NCBI GenBank assembly: GCA_012862495.1
Contig: BLSG01000310.1
Coordinates: 133,576-153,466 of the forward strand
Reading direction: 5' to 3'
DNA: 19,891 nt
From: Thraustochytrium aureum
Taxonomy: Eukaryota
Shown: piece after piece, positions 18,501 through 19,891 of the stretch
How positions within the stretch are numbered: the first letter of the stretch is position 1
How the letters are laid out: every line of letters begins with the position of its first letter
The notes under the pieces: generated by a model
What the model was told of the DNA's origin: nothing
The model's database searches: none
Seen by the model: only the letters and a program-made list of their open reading frames with translations
Position numbers and translations under genes: made by a program

Positions 18501-19891
18501 NNNNNNNNNNNNNNNNNNNNNNNNNNNNNNNNNNNNNNNNNNNNNNNNNNNNNNNNTGTGCGCGGCTCGCTTCGGCCGTCTTCTCGAGGATTCCGCGCTG
18601 CTCTTGGGATATGCGCAGCTGGCGCTCGGCGTGCGCCAGCCGCTCCGTGGCGCGGCGCAGCTCTGCTTGGAGCTCCAAGTCGAGGCTCGCCGCGAGAATC
18701 CCAACGTCTCCATCCCCGTTCTCACTAAAAACATCGAGCGGTTCGCACCGTGCTGGCGAGATCCTGCTGGCTCTGGCGGTGCTCGCTGGGGACACCTCGG
18801 GGCACGCGGCCGGCTCGCTCGACAGGTAGGCTTCGAGCGCCTCGTCCCGAGGCGAACGCGGCTCAGGGGGGGGCGACTCTGGCGCGACAACACTCTCCCG
18901 GGCTTCCAATAGCTGGGAGCGCAGATCTTCCACGAGCCGCAACTTGCGGTCGATCTCGTTTCTGTCAAAGTCTCGCCTCTCAGAGGCTTGCCTCGCCGAG
19001 TCAGAGTGGCCAGATAAGCGCCGGCTCACGGGGGAGCCGGGCGGCGTCGAGCAAATGTCCACCGTCTCCACCAACGTCGACTGCGCTCGCTCTTGCTCGT
19101 TGTCCGGCTTGCGGACGAGCGTGATGGACGGAAGCTGGGGCGGTGCTGCGGCCACCGCGCCGCCGCTGGTCGGGCTGCTGCTCGAGTCGCGCGGACGGAG
19201 CGGACGACCGAAGTGCGACTCCACGTGCGACTTTACGTGCTGCGCGTTGCGGAGCTGCAATAGCCGCCTCTCGCGGAACGCCTTGGCCTGGAGGCTGCCA
19301 TACTGTGCCATGGACAATTGCTGCCTGTCGCCGTCGCTCTCGGCGTCGGCTTGGTCGGCGTCGTTGTCCTCATCCATCGAAAGGGTCCTCCGCCGGCGTG
19401 GAGGGCTCGCCGATCGGCTGCCTCGCCGCCGGTCCTTGCGCGGCGACGCCGGCGCGCTCGATGGAAACTGGCCACTAGCCCGACGTGGACGAGGCGAGCA
19501 CGAAGCCTCGCGGTTTGGGGTTGTCCTCTCCCTTTCGCTCTTGCTGTGCGGCGAGTGTACGCAGGTTTTGGGGGTTCGCGGCTGAGGCCCGCGCAGAGCG
19601 GGGTCCATCGCGGCTGGTGCCTTCCATGGCTTGTTGCGCAGCACGCGCTCCAAAAACGCAAAAAAGAGGTGTGCTGGCACCTTGAGGCGGTTGGCCTGTT
19701 TGTGGCACACCGCGAGTGTGGGCAGCGAGGCGTCCACGCCGGCGCCCTTTTTAACAAAGTAGCGGTGCTTGTCTGCCAGCATATCGTCAAGAGCAAGCCT
19801 GTACGCGGCGGTGAACAGCTTGGAGCGGTCCTCGTCTGCCTCGAGAGTGACCCGGACCCACTGCGTGTCTGAGCGCTGGAGAGCAAGTGCG
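15567..19891 (-). CDS. Very large coiled-coil protein (5'-partial; probably >1400 aa), broken by a gap and low-quality bases at 18343-18556
   Basis: The 924-aa ORF (15567-18341) is E/A/R/L/K heptad-rich. The upstream frame is open from the window end (ALALQRSDTQWVRVTLEADEDRSKLF...) through S/P/R-rich disorder into coiled coil (LELQAELRRATERLAHAERQL) at the gap. It includes a Pro8 tract and a C-terminal coiled coil. That both parts form one gene is an inference. Confidence 0.8.
16568..16592. repeat. (GCG)8 coding trinucleotide repeat giving a poly-proline tract
   Basis: Read directly; it encodes the PPPPPPPP of SPPPPPPPPLPP on the minus strand. Confidence 0.9.

Overview
GC-rich, intron-poor eukaryotic draft sequence. 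My inference from composition, compact gene pairs and (GGAT)n microsatellites is a protist, possibly a thraustochytrid/labyrinthulomycete; the sequence alone does not prove this. There are six N-gaps (4582-4695, 7359-7509, 8613-9031, 11806-12156, 15252-15489, 18425-18556), one ambiguous base (18343) and several homopolymer-associated frameshifts. Six protein genes are supportable: (1) a 774-aa four-TM protein with claudin/PMP22-like motifs and a ~630-aa first extracellular loop; (2) a frameshifted WDR53-like WD40 gene; (3) a >860-aa protein combining a degenerate adenylate-forming (ANL)-like domain, a coiled coil and a GAS2/GAR-like C-terminus; (4) spermidine synthase with a 1-nt frameshift at GGG-TGA; (5) a bacterial-looking alpha/beta hydrolase; (6) a very large coiled-coil protein running off the right end. 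Notable non-coding structure: a diverged tandem duplication with an internal ~35-bp microinversion (443-813), and the divergent intergenic region upstream of spermidine synthase, which holds a 20-unit heptamer array (G-quadruplex-type on the sense strand), degenerate telomere-like repeats and a palindromic double splice-donor motif. All family assignments are by eye; no searches were run.
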